Source: Octopus sinensis (taxonomy: Eukaryota). Taken from it: a DNA stretch of 64,000 nt. The stretch is taken from contig NC_043004.1 of the NCBI RefSeq assembly GCF_006345805.1, positions 49,166,001 through 49,230,000 on the forward strand, read 5' to 3'. The translations under genes and the position numbers were made by a program. Positions 1 through 13,221 of this stretch are shown here, piece after piece (within the stretch, counting starts at the first letter, position 1; every line of letters starts with the position of its first letter). A model generated the notes under the pieces. It had not been told where the DNA came from and did no database searches. It worked only from the letters and a program-made list of their open reading frames with translations.

Positions 1-61
1 TTTATTTCACCAAGTGAAATATTTATTTATTAATATCTATTAATTTCTATTTCACCAATCA

Positions 62-460
62 GGTAGAATCGTTAGCACGCCGGGCAACAGGCTAAGCAGC
101 ATTTCGTTCGGTTTTTACGTTCTCAGTTCAAATTCTGTCGAGGTCGACTTTGCCTTTCATCCTTTCGGAGGTCGACCATAAAATAAGTACCAGTTGAGCA
201 CTGAAGTCGATGCAATCAACTTAACCCCTCACCTGGTCTTATGACAACGTTTGAAACCAATATCTTTTTTTACTAAAGGCAGCGAACTGGCAGAATCGTT
301 AGCACCCCAAACAAAATGTTTGGCGGCGCTTCTTCCGGATTTACGTTCTAGGTTCAAATTTCACCGATGTTGACTTTACTCTTCATCCTATAGGGGTCGA
401 TGTCATCGACTTACTCTCTCCTGCGAATTTGCTGGCCTTGTGCCAAAGCTTGAAATCAAT
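62..460 (+). mobile_element. Two adjacent decayed copies of tRNA-derived SINE family A
   Basis: Both match the family-A pattern seen throughout the window (GGCAGAATCGTTAGCAC...GTTCAAATTC...GTCGACTTTGCCTTTCATCCTTTCGGGGTCGAT). Confidence 0.75.
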
Positions 461-559
461 ACTCCTTTTACTAAAAAAAAAAAAAAAAGACCGCCCTTTG
501 AAATTATTAGAGAAATTCTCTCTTTAGGATCACGATTTACTCGCTACAATATTATATTA

Positions 560-1100
560 AGTACACTTCGAACTTGTAGCATTATTGCCTGACTCAAACT
601 ATCACAAGTGTATTAGATTTTAAAATTTCATTAGAAAAGGTAGCTTGGTTGGTGTTCACTGCCTACGGCATAGCTAAGGTGTTGAAATGAGTGTGGGGAG
701 CCTAACAGAATGTTTGCAGGTAAAGTCGTTATTTTGCAATTATATTCTCTGTATATCGGCAGCTACTTTGGTTCAAACTGTTTGTTTCAGTAAGTATTTA
801 GTCCTATGCACATAGAATGCATTCGATCCCTATCTTATATTTAAGGCTCTCCCGGTAATGAATATTATATGCATCTTCTTTGCAGTACCTCACAAACTTT
901 GAAAGGCAACAATCTATTAATAGGGAAAGTCGTGGGGTGGATTCGAATTACATGTCAAATAAAGGTAAGAGATGGTAGTCGATGAACGGATTCTAATCTT
1001 GATTCTGGTTATTGTGATGCGAAGTCAGGTGCACCGCTGTAATTTTGTTTGACATTGTTCTTGTTGAAAAATTACAGTGTTTGTCATTGTTAGATGTGCT
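560..1100 (-). pseudogene. Highly decayed 3' part of a CR1/Jockey-like LINE ORF2
   Basis: Minus-strand fragments read HL-DFASQ, RLESVHR and FC*AP..FNTL, resembling the RPHLEYASxVW / LESVQRR / FSxRxxxxWNxL C-terminal LINE motifs in the right order. Many stops and frameshifts. Confidence 0.35.
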
Positions 1101-1646
1101 TTTGCACCAAAGTAAATAATCTACTAGCTAAGTTTTGTGAGCGTTGAAACTGAAAAGCATTAAAAACTGCGTTTAACTATTGTAATGTTTGTAGCGTTTT
1201 AACATTGCCTGTGTTGTTGATTGTATGATGAATTTGAAGCTGCTTAGTAGCGGTGCATCACTGTGGTGTTGGGATGCACAGGTGAAAGAAGCTTCGTCTA
1301 AGGATAGGCCCAAAAAGCATGCGCTGATGTTCTCGATTAGGCCTTGATAATAGACCGTGAATGGTTAGAGCCTTTGTTAATGACAAATAGTTTTTTGGAA
1401 GGGTTTTCTCAAGAGGTGGTAACTATTGTTAACTAAATTGAAAGTAATAGCTAAGAAGATAACAGTTCTTAGAGCACCAATTGTCAGTTTTAGGTATAGT
1501 TCTTTATGTGGATCAATAAGGTTTTCGTCAATGCTTTTAACTGACAACTTTTCATATTTAGTGTTAGTACGATCTCATCATCTCTATACATGCCTCATTT
1601 TAAGCTGCGAATTTCACGTGTAGTAAGTATAAATAGAAGTAAATTG

Positions 1647-2066
1647 GGATCTTTTCGGTTTGAACGGCAGTTTTTTCTAGCGGTGTCATATGAAATTGTT
1701 ACCCATAATTATGACCCTAGTATCGATCTATTGCATTTCAATCTGTTTTAGGGTTAGGGTTAGGGGTGGGGGAAGGGTATCTTTTTTTCTTCACAAATGT
1801 AAATAAACCCAATATGTTTCTTAAACGAGGGACATATTCATACGGCACAGAATGTTTTTTTTTACCTCAATAGACGTATTTGATTGGTTGAAATTGCAGA
1901 AATTGAAGAAAAATAACAACAAATATCTTACAAACTATAGAATTTTCTCTATAAAGCCAAGAGAAAAAGATGTTTTATAAACACATTCTACCAGTATACG
2001 AAGTTTAAAATTTTTTAGTTACCTAGAAATTATGTTAAAAACTGCCGTTCAAACCGAAAAAAATCC
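1647..2066 (+). mobile_element. Non-autonomous DNA transposon (MITE, ~420 bp), Merlin-like
   Basis: TIR GGATCTTTTCGGTTTGAACGGCAGTTTT ... AAAACTGCCGTTCAAACCGAAAAAAATCC; perfect 8-bp TSD GTAAATTG (1639-1646 / 2067-2074); two further copies in the window. Confidence 0.9.
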
Positions 2067-2249
2067 GTAAATTGATTACTTTGACTTAAGTTGAAATCAT
2101 TTCTCTATACTTTAAGTTCAAATCTGCAGAGGTAGACTTTGTCACTTAAGTAATGAGTGCACTTAAACAAAGCCATAGTCTGGTTGCAATTTCCACTGAC
2201 TGCAACTCACTTCTCCTCTATTAATAGTTTATAAGTCTTGAGGCAATAT

Positions 2250-2500
2250 ACTCTCTTTACTCTTTTGCTCTTTTACCTGTTTCAGTCATTGGACTGTGGC
2301 CATGCTGGAGCACCGCCTTTAGTCGAGCAAATCGACCCCCGGACTTATTCTTTGTAAGCCTAGTACTTATTCTATCTGTCTCTTTTGCCGAACCGCTAAG
2401 TTACGGGGACGTAAACACACCAGCATCGGTTGTCAAGCGATGTTGGGGAGAAAACACACACACAAACATATACACACACACACATACATACATACACATA
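2250..2500 (-). mobile_element. 3' tail of SINE family B followed by (CA)/(TACA) repeat
   Basis: Matches the tail of the full-length copies at 34706-35129 and 62592-63070. Confidence 0.8.
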
Positions 2501-2526
2501 CATACACATTATCATTATTATCATTT

Positions 2527-2722
2527 AGGCGGCGAGCTGGCACGCCAGGCAACAGGCTTAGCGGTATTTCGTTCGTTTTTACGTTCTGAGTTCGAATTCC
2601 GCCGAGATCGACTTTGCCTTTCATCCTTTCAGGGTCGATAAATGAAGTACCAGTGAAATACTGGAGCCAATGAAATCGACTTAATCCCCGCCTCCAAGCT
2701 GCCCTTGTGGCAAAAATTTTAA
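2527..2722 (+). mobile_element. SINE family A copy
   Basis: GGCGGCGAGCTGGCA head, B-box-like GAGTTCGAATTCC, central GCCTTTCATCCTTTC..GGTCGATAAA..AAGTACCAG domain. Confidence 0.8.
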
Positions 2723-2763
2723 ATCATCATCATCATCATCATTATTATTATTATCATTATTCT

Positions 2764-2807
<44 letters not shown>

Positions 2808-3346
2808 TTGCTATTCAGTATTTCAAATCCGAAATCCATTAAACCATAGCCTAGCCAGTTAAACCGAGGTTTTATTCAACCAGTCCTGGTCTGGGTCGAT
2901 ATAACCCAATATTCAATCTATACGAATGCTAAAAAATAATCAATATTAAATTCGTTAGGTTTACATCAGTACACTTTGAGGAATTTGAAATTAGCGGGGA
3001 CATAGCTTTGTTTAAAACATAACCTGAAAATGGAATTTTTCCTTTGTTAGTTGGATCAGTCAAAGACGGAATGTTACAACTCTCAGCTTTCTCTCTCTTT
3101 CTCTCTTCCTCTTTGTCTCCATCTTTGGCTATCATTTTCTCCCTCTCTCTTTTGCAGTCTCTTTCTTTCTTTCTTTTTTTTACTACTTTGCTGCTTCCAT
3201 ACAATTTTTACAGTCAACATTTCTGCATTTACTGCGCTGCATTTGGTTTAAGTTTCATTTGTCCTGAACAAGGTAATAATAAATAAATAGATAAAATAAA
3301 GTGAAACAACAAAACAAAGGAAAGGTAAAAGCGGAAGAAAGGAACT

Positions 3347-3417
3347 GAGAGAGAGAGAGAGAGAGTGAGAAAAAGAGTGAAAGAGAGGGAGAGAGAGAGA
3401 GCAAGAGAGAGAGAGAA

Positions 3418-3451
<34 letters not shown>

Positions 3452-3869
3452 GAACACAAACTTTAAACCACTTTAAGTCTAGCAAGAGTTGTTCGTTGAA
3501 GAGAAGTAGGTCAAAGGGAGGAATCAATTTGGCACTGGAGTTTAGAAAGCGGCAAAATTTGCTGACGCGTGAGTCAGTTAAACGCAAGCGAGGCTGAATA
3601 CGGAAGCTTATTAGCAGCAAAAGTCGTTTTTTAAAGTTTTTTTTTTTAACGCAAATTTTCTTCCTTTTCTGCTCACCATATCTGTTAATCTCTCCTCACT
3701 GTCATAGCCCGTCTCCCCTGCTCTTGTTCTTTGTCTCTGTGTGTGCGCGCCCGCATATGTGTGTGTGTGTGTGTGTGTGTGCGCATGTGTGTGCGTATAT
3801 ATATGCATGTATATATTAAAATATATATATGCATATATATGTGCACACAAATATATATGTATATATATA

Positions 3870-3918
<49 letters not shown>

Positions 3919-4114
3919 TGTGTGTGTGTGTGTTGTGTGTGTGTGTGTGTGTGTGTTGTGTGTGTGTGTGTGTGTATACACAACTTATACTTACACGTAT
4001 AACTTAAAAATACATACTCGCACATATATATCTATTTGCGTGTATGCATGTATTTATGTATGTATGTGTGTATATGTTTATATATACATGCATACATACA
4101 CACACACACACACA

Positions 4115-4156
<42 letters not shown>

Positions 4157-4297
4157 GTGTGTATAACATATATATACATAAACGTACACTTGAACATGCC
4201 GTGGATGTCGGAGAGAAATAATGCTTACAGTGTATTACACTCTCTCTCTCATACACTCACACACACTCACACACACACTCACACACACTCACACACA

Positions 4298-4347
<50 letters not shown>

Positions 4348-4700
4348 CACGCACACACGCACACACACACGCGCACGCACACACACACACACACACAATT
4401 ACAGAAAAGTCATGAGAGCAGAGAAATATTCCGCTGTGAAATTTCTCGCGAATGAGACATTATCGTTGCCATATTGATTTTATATTTCCTCAACTTGCGT
4501 CACACCACTTGTGGCATTGGTGTATCAGCACTACTCTAATAATAGCAGCAGTAGTAGTGGTGGTAATATTAGTAGTAGTAGTAGTAGTAGTAGCAGCAAC
4601 AGTAGTAGTAGTGGTGGTGGTGGTGGTGGTGGTGGTAGTAGTAGTAGTAGTAGTAACAAAAGCAACAGAAGCAGCAACTGCAGCGACTAATAACATTCTT

Positions 4701-4731
<31 letters not shown>

Positions 4732-4899
4732 GTATTAGTATGAGTAGTAGTAGCTGTAGCATGAGCAGCAACAGTTGTAATAGTAGAAGTAGCATGACCA
4801 GCAGAAAGGGCAGCAGTAGCGGGAACATCAGCAGCAGTAGTTGTAGAAACAGAAGCGGCAGTAGCAGCAGCTACAACAGTAGTAGTAATAGTAGTAGTC

Positions 4900-4935
<36 letters not shown>

Positions 4936-4990
4936 ACAGTTGCATCGACTGTTGCAACAATAACAACAATAACAACGGCAGCAGCAGCAG
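3347..4990. repeat. Compound microsatellite field: (GA)n, (TG)n, (TA)n, (CA)n, (TAG)n, (TGG)n, (TTC)n, (AGC)n
   Basis: Directly visible simple repeats; explain the low-complexity ORFs at 3255-5077. Confidence 0.95.
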
Positions 4991-6716
4991 TAGTTGTAGT
5001 AACAACAGCATAATTTTTTCTTCCAATGTGTGGCTTAAAATACTTCCAAACCATATATAACCTTCAATTTGGAGCACCCAACAAAAGCCCTAGCCTTTAG
5101 CCTATGGATCTCATAATCCCGGGCAGACCCTCATGTCATATACTCCAGTGCATAATCTTTTTAAATCTAACAATATGGCGTCACATAAATTCTGTGTTTC
5201 AGTCATTGGTCGACAGCCATTTTGAATCACTGATTTGAAAGATTTTTAGTCGATCATATCGACCCCAGTTTTGTACGATTACTGTGTCACACCGCTAAGT
5301 TTACGGGACAAAATCAGAAATGCCGTTTCTCAATCGGTGTCAAGAGAAACTGAACCCCCCCCCCACCGCCGCCACACTAGCACACACGACGTGATTCCAC
5401 ACAGTTTCCGTTTTCCGATTTCACGCATGAGACATAGATCAGCTGTTGGTTTTAGTGGACGATATTTGACCAAACCGAAACGCAGAGGAACTAACCCCGA
5501 AATATATGTACCTAATTAGACTGTTTACTGAATGAGGTACGCACTATAATAATTGCATGTAACCTCGTTCTTTGAACTATAGCACGACCTCATTCTGTGA
5601 AATATAAACCTTACCTTATTCTTCATTAAGTAATTCGTATCTCAATCACTTGGATAAATAATTGATGAAATGGTTTTTTACTTAGGTGCAGCGTTTCAGA
5701 TTTTTGGAGAAGTATTAAATCACGAGATTTTCATGGTAATCCACGCAAGAGATTTGAAATGGCATAAACTGGGAACTGAAATCGGTTTCCTTCCTTACAA
5801 CAACTCTTCTTAATTTTGGCACAAGGTCAACAGTTTTGAGCGGGAAGTCGATTCCATTAATCCAAATGTTTGACTGATTCTTATCTTATCGACTCCGAAA
5901 GTATGAAAGGCAAAGCCAACCTCGGCAAGATTTGAACTCAGAATATAAAGAGCGAAAATCCCATCGATGTTAACTTTGAACATCAACAAAAACAACAGCC
6001 ACAATACCGATGACAATGATGATGATGATGATGGTGAAGATGATTAATTGAATCTCTGTACTCTTTAGCAGCTTCCTGAAATTTAGCATCTCTCTGACAC
6101 ACTAACCTTTTCTTCAGTCGCACCGGAGGAATGTGATATTTCGCATTATGGCAAACAAAATTCTTTGACTTTTATTTAAATGTCCCTAAATCTAGCAGGT
6201 GAATGAAATGTATAGATATTAAACAGTAGTCTGCTAAACCTATAGTTGATTGTTCAGTTTAGCCTGAAAGAAAACTTTTTTATATTGTTGTATTTCGGGA
6301 TGATCATTTTTTTTTTTGCCAAGTAAACACATGCACTATATTATTCGTTCTTCACTCGTTTGTTACTGTTCTTATTTTAACTCGTGTTCATTGTGCGGAA
6401 ATCTTTCGTTACACATCTGTTGCCTCTTCAGCGATACTTTCCGTCCTGGTGTGCGCTCCTGCTCCGCTTTGTCCATTCTCTTCTTCAATTTTTTTTTCTT
6501 TTTATCGTTTACTTGTTTCAGTCATCTGACTGCGGCCATGCTGGGACACCACCTTGAAGGGTTATGTTTGTGTGTCGATAGAATAAGTACTAAGTTTACA
6601 AAGAATAAGCCCTGGGGTAGACTCGTTCGAATAATAGCGGTGCTCCAGCATAGCTGCAGTCAAATGTCTGAAACAAATAAAAGAATAAAAGAATATATAT
6701 GTATATATATATACCA

Positions 6717-7076
6717 AGCGTAGGCGTGGCTGTGTGGTAAGTAGCTTGTTTCTCAACCATATGTTTTCGGATTTAGTTGCACTGGGTGGAACTTTGGGCA
6801 AGTGTCTTCTACTATAGCCTCAGGCCAACTAAAGCCTTGTGAATGAATTTGGTGGACAGAAACTGAAAGAAGTTCGTCGTTTATTTATATATCTATGTGT
6901 GTGTGTGTGTGTGCGCGTGTCTTTGTGTCTGTGTTTGTTCACCCATTAACACTTGACAACCGGTGCTGGTGTGTTTACGTCCCCGTTCTGGGTTCGATTT
7001 GTACGACTAAAACCCCTCAAGGTGGTGTTCCAGCATGGCGGCAGTCAAATAACTGAACCAAGTAAAAGAATAAAAG
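6717..7076 (+). mobile_element. SINE family B (tRNA head + CORE-like domain + internal microsatellite + tail)
   Basis: GGCGTGGCTGTGTGGTAAG head, CTTTGGGCAAGTGTCTTCTACT CORE-like block, shared tail ending in AAAGAATAAAAGA. Confidence 0.8.
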
Positions 7077-7459
7077 ACTATATCTATATATACATATACT
7101 AACATTTCCTTATACACATCGCAGTTCAAGGCAGCAGGAACAATATTTAGAAAGATGTTGTTTACAAATACTAAACGAAAATTGATAATGTATTGTGGCA
7201 TCTAGAAAGGTAAAAAACAAGAGTAATTTATTAGAGAGGTGTGATGGAATGAATTGAGTTTCACTGGGGGGAAAAAATCGTAAACTGAATCAACGTAAGA
7301 TAAATAAAGACGATATGCCTCTAAAACGCTGTCATACAGCGTTACTGTCTATTCGCTTTTTAAAATTTTTATATAGCATTTCTCTGCACTGCATTATTTA
7401 CACTGCCTTGTTATATACATACATACATACATACATACATACATGCATACATACATACA

Positions 7460-7494
<35 letters not shown>

Positions 7495-7701
7495 GTGTGT
7501 GTGTGTGTGTATATATATGTGTGTGTGTGCTTATATATATATATATATATTATTTTATCTAGTTTCAGCTCACGAGTTGTGGCCATGCTGGGGCACCGCC
7601 ATATATATATATATATATATATATTAAGGCTGCGAACTAGCAGAGTCGTTAACACGCTGGGCAAAATGCTTAGTGACATTTCGTCCGTTTAAAAAAAAGT
7701 A

Positions 7702-8020
7702 TAGGCGCAATGGTCCAGTGGTTAGGGCAGCGGACTCGCGGTCGTAGGATCGCGGTTTCGATTCCCAGACCGGGCGTTGTGAGTGTTTATTGAGGGAAAA
7801 CACCTAAAGCTCCACGAGGCTCCGGCAGGGGGTGGTGGTGATCCCTGCTGTACTCTTTCGCCACAACTTTCTCTCACTCTTTCTTCTGTAGGCCTGCTCG
7901 CTTAGCCAGCGGGGTGGCGTCATTTGAAGGCTAAAAAACAATGCGAAGCGCATTGTGACCAGCGATGTGTAGCAACATCTGATAGCCTGGTCGGTCACAG
8001 TGATCACGGTGATCACGGTG
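7702..8020 (+). mobile_element. SINE family C (tRNA-Arg-like head, tail Y with GATCAC repeats)
   Basis: A box TGGTCCAGTGG, B box GGTTTCGATTCCC; close inverted copy at 10075-10373. Confidence 0.85.
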
Positions 8021-8200
8021 ATATATATATATATATATATATATAGTGGTTAGAGGCATTCGGCTCATGATCGTTAGGTCTTGAGTTCAATTCACGACGG
8101 CGCGTTGTGTCCTTGAGCAAGACACTTTATTTCTCGTTGCTCCAGTCCACTCAGCTGGCAAAAATGAGTAGTACCTGTATGTATTTATATATAATATATA

Positions 8201-8256
<56 letters not shown>

Positions 8257-8399
8257 CATACATTGTAGAACATGCAAGTTTCTCAGCGTTCCAAACTGAC
8301 TGCAGCTAATCCTTTTGGTCCTTTTCCAAAAGAATCTAAACCAATTTTACCGAATCCTGCTTCTTTTCGCTTCTAAAGCATGTTGGTTCCGACAATATT

Positions 8400-8633
8400 A
8401 CCTATTTCTTTAATACCCACAAGGGGCTAAACACAGAGGGGACAAACAAGGACAGACAAACGGATTAAGTCGATTATATCGACCCCAGTGCGTAACTGGT
8501 ACTTAATTTATCTACCCCGAAAGGATGAAAGGCAAAGTGGACCTCGGCGGAATTTGAACTCAGAACGTAACGGCAGGCGAAATACCGCTTAAGCATTTCG
8601 CCCGGCGTGCTAACGTTTCTGCCAGCTTTACCG
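8400..8633 (-). mobile_element. SINE family A, near full length
   Basis: Near-identical to copies at 14899-15133, 35368-35609, 54667-54894 and 55703-55937. Confidence 0.85.
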
Positions 8634-9049
8634 TCATAGAGAATGACACATATTTGCAGCCAATAAATATTACTGAGGTATTCTCCTGACGATCTCTTCA
8701 CTAAGTTCAAGAGAGGCCTACAACAGAGTGTTACTGTCATACATGAGACGGTGATGCTGTTGCATACACTGATATCTTAAATAACACTTTTAGATTAGCA
8801 TTAACTGTCATTCTCCAAGCCCTGGCCTGCAGATGTGCTGCTCCTCAGTCTATCTTTATAACGATACTGCAATAACTTTAGTATCAAAAGCACTCGTATT
8901 TGGTGATCTCTCCTCTTCTCGTGGTCCAAATTGTATCGTCTTATACAAATTAAGTCTTTTACAAACTAAGTCTTATACAAATTAAGTCGCCCAGTTCTTT
9001 CTCCCCACAACGCCAACCCTTAAAAATTCGTTCCCTGCCTGTTTTTCCT

Positions 9050-9450
9050 GCTGCTATGAATTTACAACTTCGTCGATTTCACTAGATTCGATGAAGATGC
9101 TATTGTGGCCATATGCACAATAACTTCATCAAAATCAAACCAATAATCACAAAAATATAAAACGTTAGTATCGGTGTGTTCATTGATTCACAAGCTGATA
9201 TCATAATGGCCTATACAACATTCTTTCAATTATGTTACCTATCTGGTCAACATTGTGGTAGACTTGAAGGTGGAGTTTATGATTGGAGGAGAAACGGTCT
9301 TTAAAGCTCTCTTTGTTCATACCAATATAATATTTTTTTGTTTTTGTGTACCCCTTGAGATTTTAACATCACTCCAAAGACTGTAGGCTTCCCGGATACA
9401 ATCTGAATAGCCCTTCTAAGACCACCCATTATTGCGCTGTCAATATTTTT
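9050..9450 (-). pseudogene. Decayed GIY-YIG endonuclease fragment of a Penelope-like element
   Basis: Minus strand reads YIGMNKESFKDRFSSNHK (YIG...FKxR..xH pattern of PLE endonucleases); flanks broken by stops and frameshifts. Confidence 0.4.
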
Positions 9451-9554
9451 TATACAGCTATGACTGACTTTGGTGTTGCTTTTTTGAAACAGCCTGTGAT
9501 ATTTATTATTGATTGGGAAGTCATTTTAATTAGAGCTAAGAAATTCTTGATGTT

Positions 9555-9852
9555 CCTTCCTTCTCGAGGCCATGCCTGGCTCATAAGGGCCGATTTCCCG
9601 GTTTCTTGGCGTAGAGGTTCTCCACCTGGACGGGAGCCGGTCCGTCGCAGGTGAGCTGCAAGATGCAGGAGGAAAGAGTGAGGGAAAGTTGTGGCGAAAG
9701 AGTCAGCAGAAGTTCGCCATTACCTTCTGCCGGAGCCGCGTGGAGCTTAGTTGTTTCGCTCATAAACACACATATCGTCCGGTCTGAGATTCGAACCCGC
9801 TATCCCTCGACCGCGAGTCCGCTGCTCTAACCACAAGGCCATGTGCCTCCAC
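9555..9852 (-). mobile_element. SINE with family-C-like head and tail X
   Basis: Head like 7702-8020 but the 3' part matches 41745-42043 and 31180-31422. Confidence 0.8.
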
Positions 9853-10074
9853 ATGTACGTTTACCTAAGAAATTCTGACTGTATTTGATCAACATTTTTT
9901 ACTTAAGTGGGGATTCAATTGAATGATATTATATTTACTATGGTTGTTTCTTTGTTATTCATGTTTGGGTCAGTAACTGATTTCCCCTCACCCCTTTTAT
10001 CACACTTTTCAGATAAGGAATTATTGTAATACCGGGCGTTATTGACGACTGTCCTTTATGTGAATATATTAGTT

Positions 10075-10373
10075 ATCACGTGATCACGTGACCGACCAGA
10101 CCATCAGATGCTGTTACACATCGCTGGTCACAATGCGTTCGCATTGTTTTAGCCTTCAAATGACGCCACCCCGCTGGCTAAGCGAGCAGGCCAACAGAAG
10201 AAAGTGAAAGAAAGTGTGGTGAAAGAGTACAGCAGGGATCACCTGCCGGAGCCTCGTGGAGCTTTTAGGTGTTTTCGCTCAATAAACACTCACAACGCCC
10301 GGTCTGGGAATCGAAACCGCGATCCTACAACCTCGAGTCCGCTGCCCTAACCACTGGGCCATTGCGCCTCCAC
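10075..10373 (-). mobile_element. SINE family C, full length
   Basis: Reverse complement of the 7702-8020 type; ends in (GATCACGT)n. Confidence 0.85.
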
Positions 10374-11065
10374 ATATTAGTTATACTTCTACTTATAACA
10401 GTATATTGTTTAATATATTGGACTGGAGGTTAAAATCTTTACGTACATGGTCTCATTTGTTTTTCACATGGCTGATACATACCTGCTTCAGGTCTAATAT
10501 AATATAAAGGAAGCTAATTACGCTTATGACAGTAGTGTTATTAATGCTGAAATCCTTGAATTCATATACTTACCTTTCGTATGACCGTGTTGTATGAAAC
10601 TGCAAGGCAATCCACCGCTACTATATAATCCCATATCTAGGGTTTCAATTTTGTTTTTAGCGTATCTAGGATATATAATACGACCAGCTCATATATTTAA
10701 GCTCTGTCGTACCCCACCCATGTTAATATCAAGTTAGAAACTGCTGCTTTTAATCTATAAAAAAATAAAATCAGAAATTTCTTAGCATTTATTAATAACT
10801 CGGCATCGTTACTATCTCGATGTTACGTTTCTTGCCGAATTTTAGTGTCATGGCGAGGAAGGGTTTGGAAATTGACGTGTAGAACATTGCATCTATTTTT
10901 GTCCTTGTTGCTATAGAACGAATTACAACATTTCTTTCTTTCTTCTTTCTTTCTTCTTTCTTCTTTCTTTCTTTCTTTCTTTCTTTCTTTAGTTCTTCAA
11001 CTAAGTAATTGATATTTAAAACGGAACTGATAAAACAATCTTTCCTTACGCATGTTGTCTTAAGG

Positions 11066-11492
11066 CAGTGGTTCTCAACCGGAACCCATATGGCTGCTGA
11101 GGCTTCATAGAAGATTTTTGGGGGTCCACGCAACAAAATAGTAAACTGGGTACCCACAATAGTATTTTAAGGGCCACTGAAAAAATTTCGGTGTAGATAT
11201 ATGTATTGGTATGTATTGCAAGAAACTGCTAGGTTTCTTTCTCTGACATTTTACATAGTTCAACCAACTTCAGTTAATGTGTGGAAGACAAACTAGGACG
11301 GTTCTATAAAACTAATTTTAAACATCATATGGCTATGAAGGTCTACTCGAATAAAATAATAATCAAAGGGGTCCATAGGTAAAAAAAAATGCTCGAGAAC
11401 CCCTTGCTTCAGGTCACGTATTATGAAGGTCTCCTCGAATAAAATAATAATCAAAGGGGTTCATAGGTAAAAAAAAATGCTCGAGAACCCCT
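11066..11492. mobile_element. hAT-type MITE with tandemly duplicated right end
   Basis: Starts CAGTGGTTCTCAACC, ends CTCGAGAACCCCT; imperfect 8-bp TSD TCTTAAGG/GCTTCAGG at the first end (~11405); last ~70 bp repeated at 11422-11492. A related end lies at ~62570-63096. Confidence 0.6.
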
Positions 11493-11739
11493 GGGGTTTA
11501 TGTTGATTATGTTGCTCGAGAACTCCTAGGGATTATGTTGACTGAATGAACTCAAGTACATGACTGACAGTTATTTTATCAACACTGAATGAAACTGAAC
11601 ACAACGCGTTGAGAAACGAAACTGAAAACCGTTCAGTCCATATGACTATTACTACTGTTATTTAACCACCATTTGGTTCATTGGGTACTTGATGTTGTGT
11701 TTGAATTGGTAGAATCATTAGCGCTTACACATCGTACTC

Positions 11740-13221
11740 AATAAGGCCCTAATTTATGCAATGAATAAGGTAAGAATGACTTATGATGAAGTTGCTGTTG
11801 TTAAAACGGCTAGGAAATCGTTGATTAGATATAATAATAAATTGTGGGCTAGGAAGGATACTAGGGACTATTTTGATATACCTATGGGAACACCCGATTC
11901 TGCACAAGTAACTGATTTAGTAGGTATTTATTTATTATCGGAACTTCAATTAGAAAAATTGAAGTTGGAGGGTGGTCTATATAGTGATGACCTTTTATTA
12001 ATAATTAAGAATTGCACCAATAGAACACTAGAATTATATAAGAAGAAACTATATAGTTTTTTTTAAAGATATGGATTGAGTATTACTATATGTAATGAGA
12101 ACTATAATGTTAATTATTTAGATGCTGATTTTAATTTAATAACAGATAAAACCCAAACATTCCATAAAATTGATGAGAACCTTAGATATATTAATGCTAA
12201 TAGTAATCATCCACCTTCTATTAAGAAATCATTGATAGATAACAGGTAAAAGAATATCGTTGCTTTCTTCTAATTTGGAGATTTTCCCAAAACACGTACC
12301 TTATTAAAAGGAAACCCTGCAAGAGGCGGAATATAATAATAATATTAAATTCTTTAATAATTCTAAATATGCTTATAATATAAAAGATTATAATATAAGT
12401 GATTCCTGTATTATGATACGTTTTATTTAGGTAATTATGGTATTGATAATATGTATTATGATAATACAAAACATAAATATAATAACGGAGTAAAAAATAA
12501 AATAAAATTTAATTCATTTAATGAAAATAAATTTAACAATATAAAAAATAAATATAATAATATTAATAATAACAAAATTTGGTTAATTATTCCTTATGGA
12601 GCTCAAGTTAAAACAAACATCACTAAAGAGATTTTAAAAAATATAATCACATTTTTCTAGTAATAATTTTGGAGTTGGTTATTCTACTACTAATAATGTA
12701 GGTAACATTATTTCTTCTTTTAATAAATTTAAGCTGAATAAGTTTTACAAGAACAAATCAAATAATCATTCCAATAATAATAATATAATTAATTGTACGT
12801 GTAAAGATAAAACTAATTGTAAATTTAATAATAAATGTAATTTCGATGATGTATATAAATGTATAGTGACTTTGATTGATGATAATAATAGGAATGGTTA
12901 TAATTTAAATGCAATTTACAGAGGGTTGACTTCTAATAAAATTAAATTACGGGTGGCTCAACACATGAATAGAAATTTAATTAATTCTACTGACCTTAGT
13001 AAATACATATGGGAACTAAAATCTAAAAATATTAAGTACAGTTTAAATTGGGAGATGGTTTGTAAGGCAAAATCATATCGAATAGGTAGTATTTTTTAAA
13101 ATTATGTACTAACGAATTTAAACAGATATTAACTAATAATAAAACTTTGATTAATATCCTCGACGAAAGAAACATTAAATGTAGACATAAATCAAATTAC
13201 TTATAGAATAAGTTTAGCTAA
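11740..13221 (+). pseudogene. Penelope-like retroelement ORF remnant: reverse transcriptase + Cys linker + GIY-YIG endonuclease (5'-truncated, frameshifted)
   Basis: FDIPMGTPDSAQVTDLVGIYLL and GLYSDDLL (RT motifs), VNYLD, YINANSNHPPSI (PLE thumb), CTCKDKTNCKFNNKC linker at 12794-12838, VYKC...IYRGLT..KLRVAQH..STDLSKYIWELK and terminal KCRHK (GIY-YIG with CCHH-type residues). Confidence 0.9.

Noticed and set aside
1748-1765. Telomere or chromosome-fusion site
   Set aside because: Only three TTAGGG units, and they are an internal part of a dispersed MITE.
3611-5077. Long ORFs (up to 248 aa) rich in HT/VC/YI or poly-V/T/S
   Set aside because: Direct translations of di- and trinucleotide microsatellites.
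7702-7775. tRNA-Arg-like sequence as a tRNA gene
   Set aside because: It continues into a multicopy SINE body and tail; it is a SINE head.
8700-9110. Possible Merlin/ISXO2 transposase (EIDE-like peptide on the minus strand)
   Set aside because: Adjacent sequence fits a GIY-YIG remnant better and the other DDE motifs need several frameshifts.
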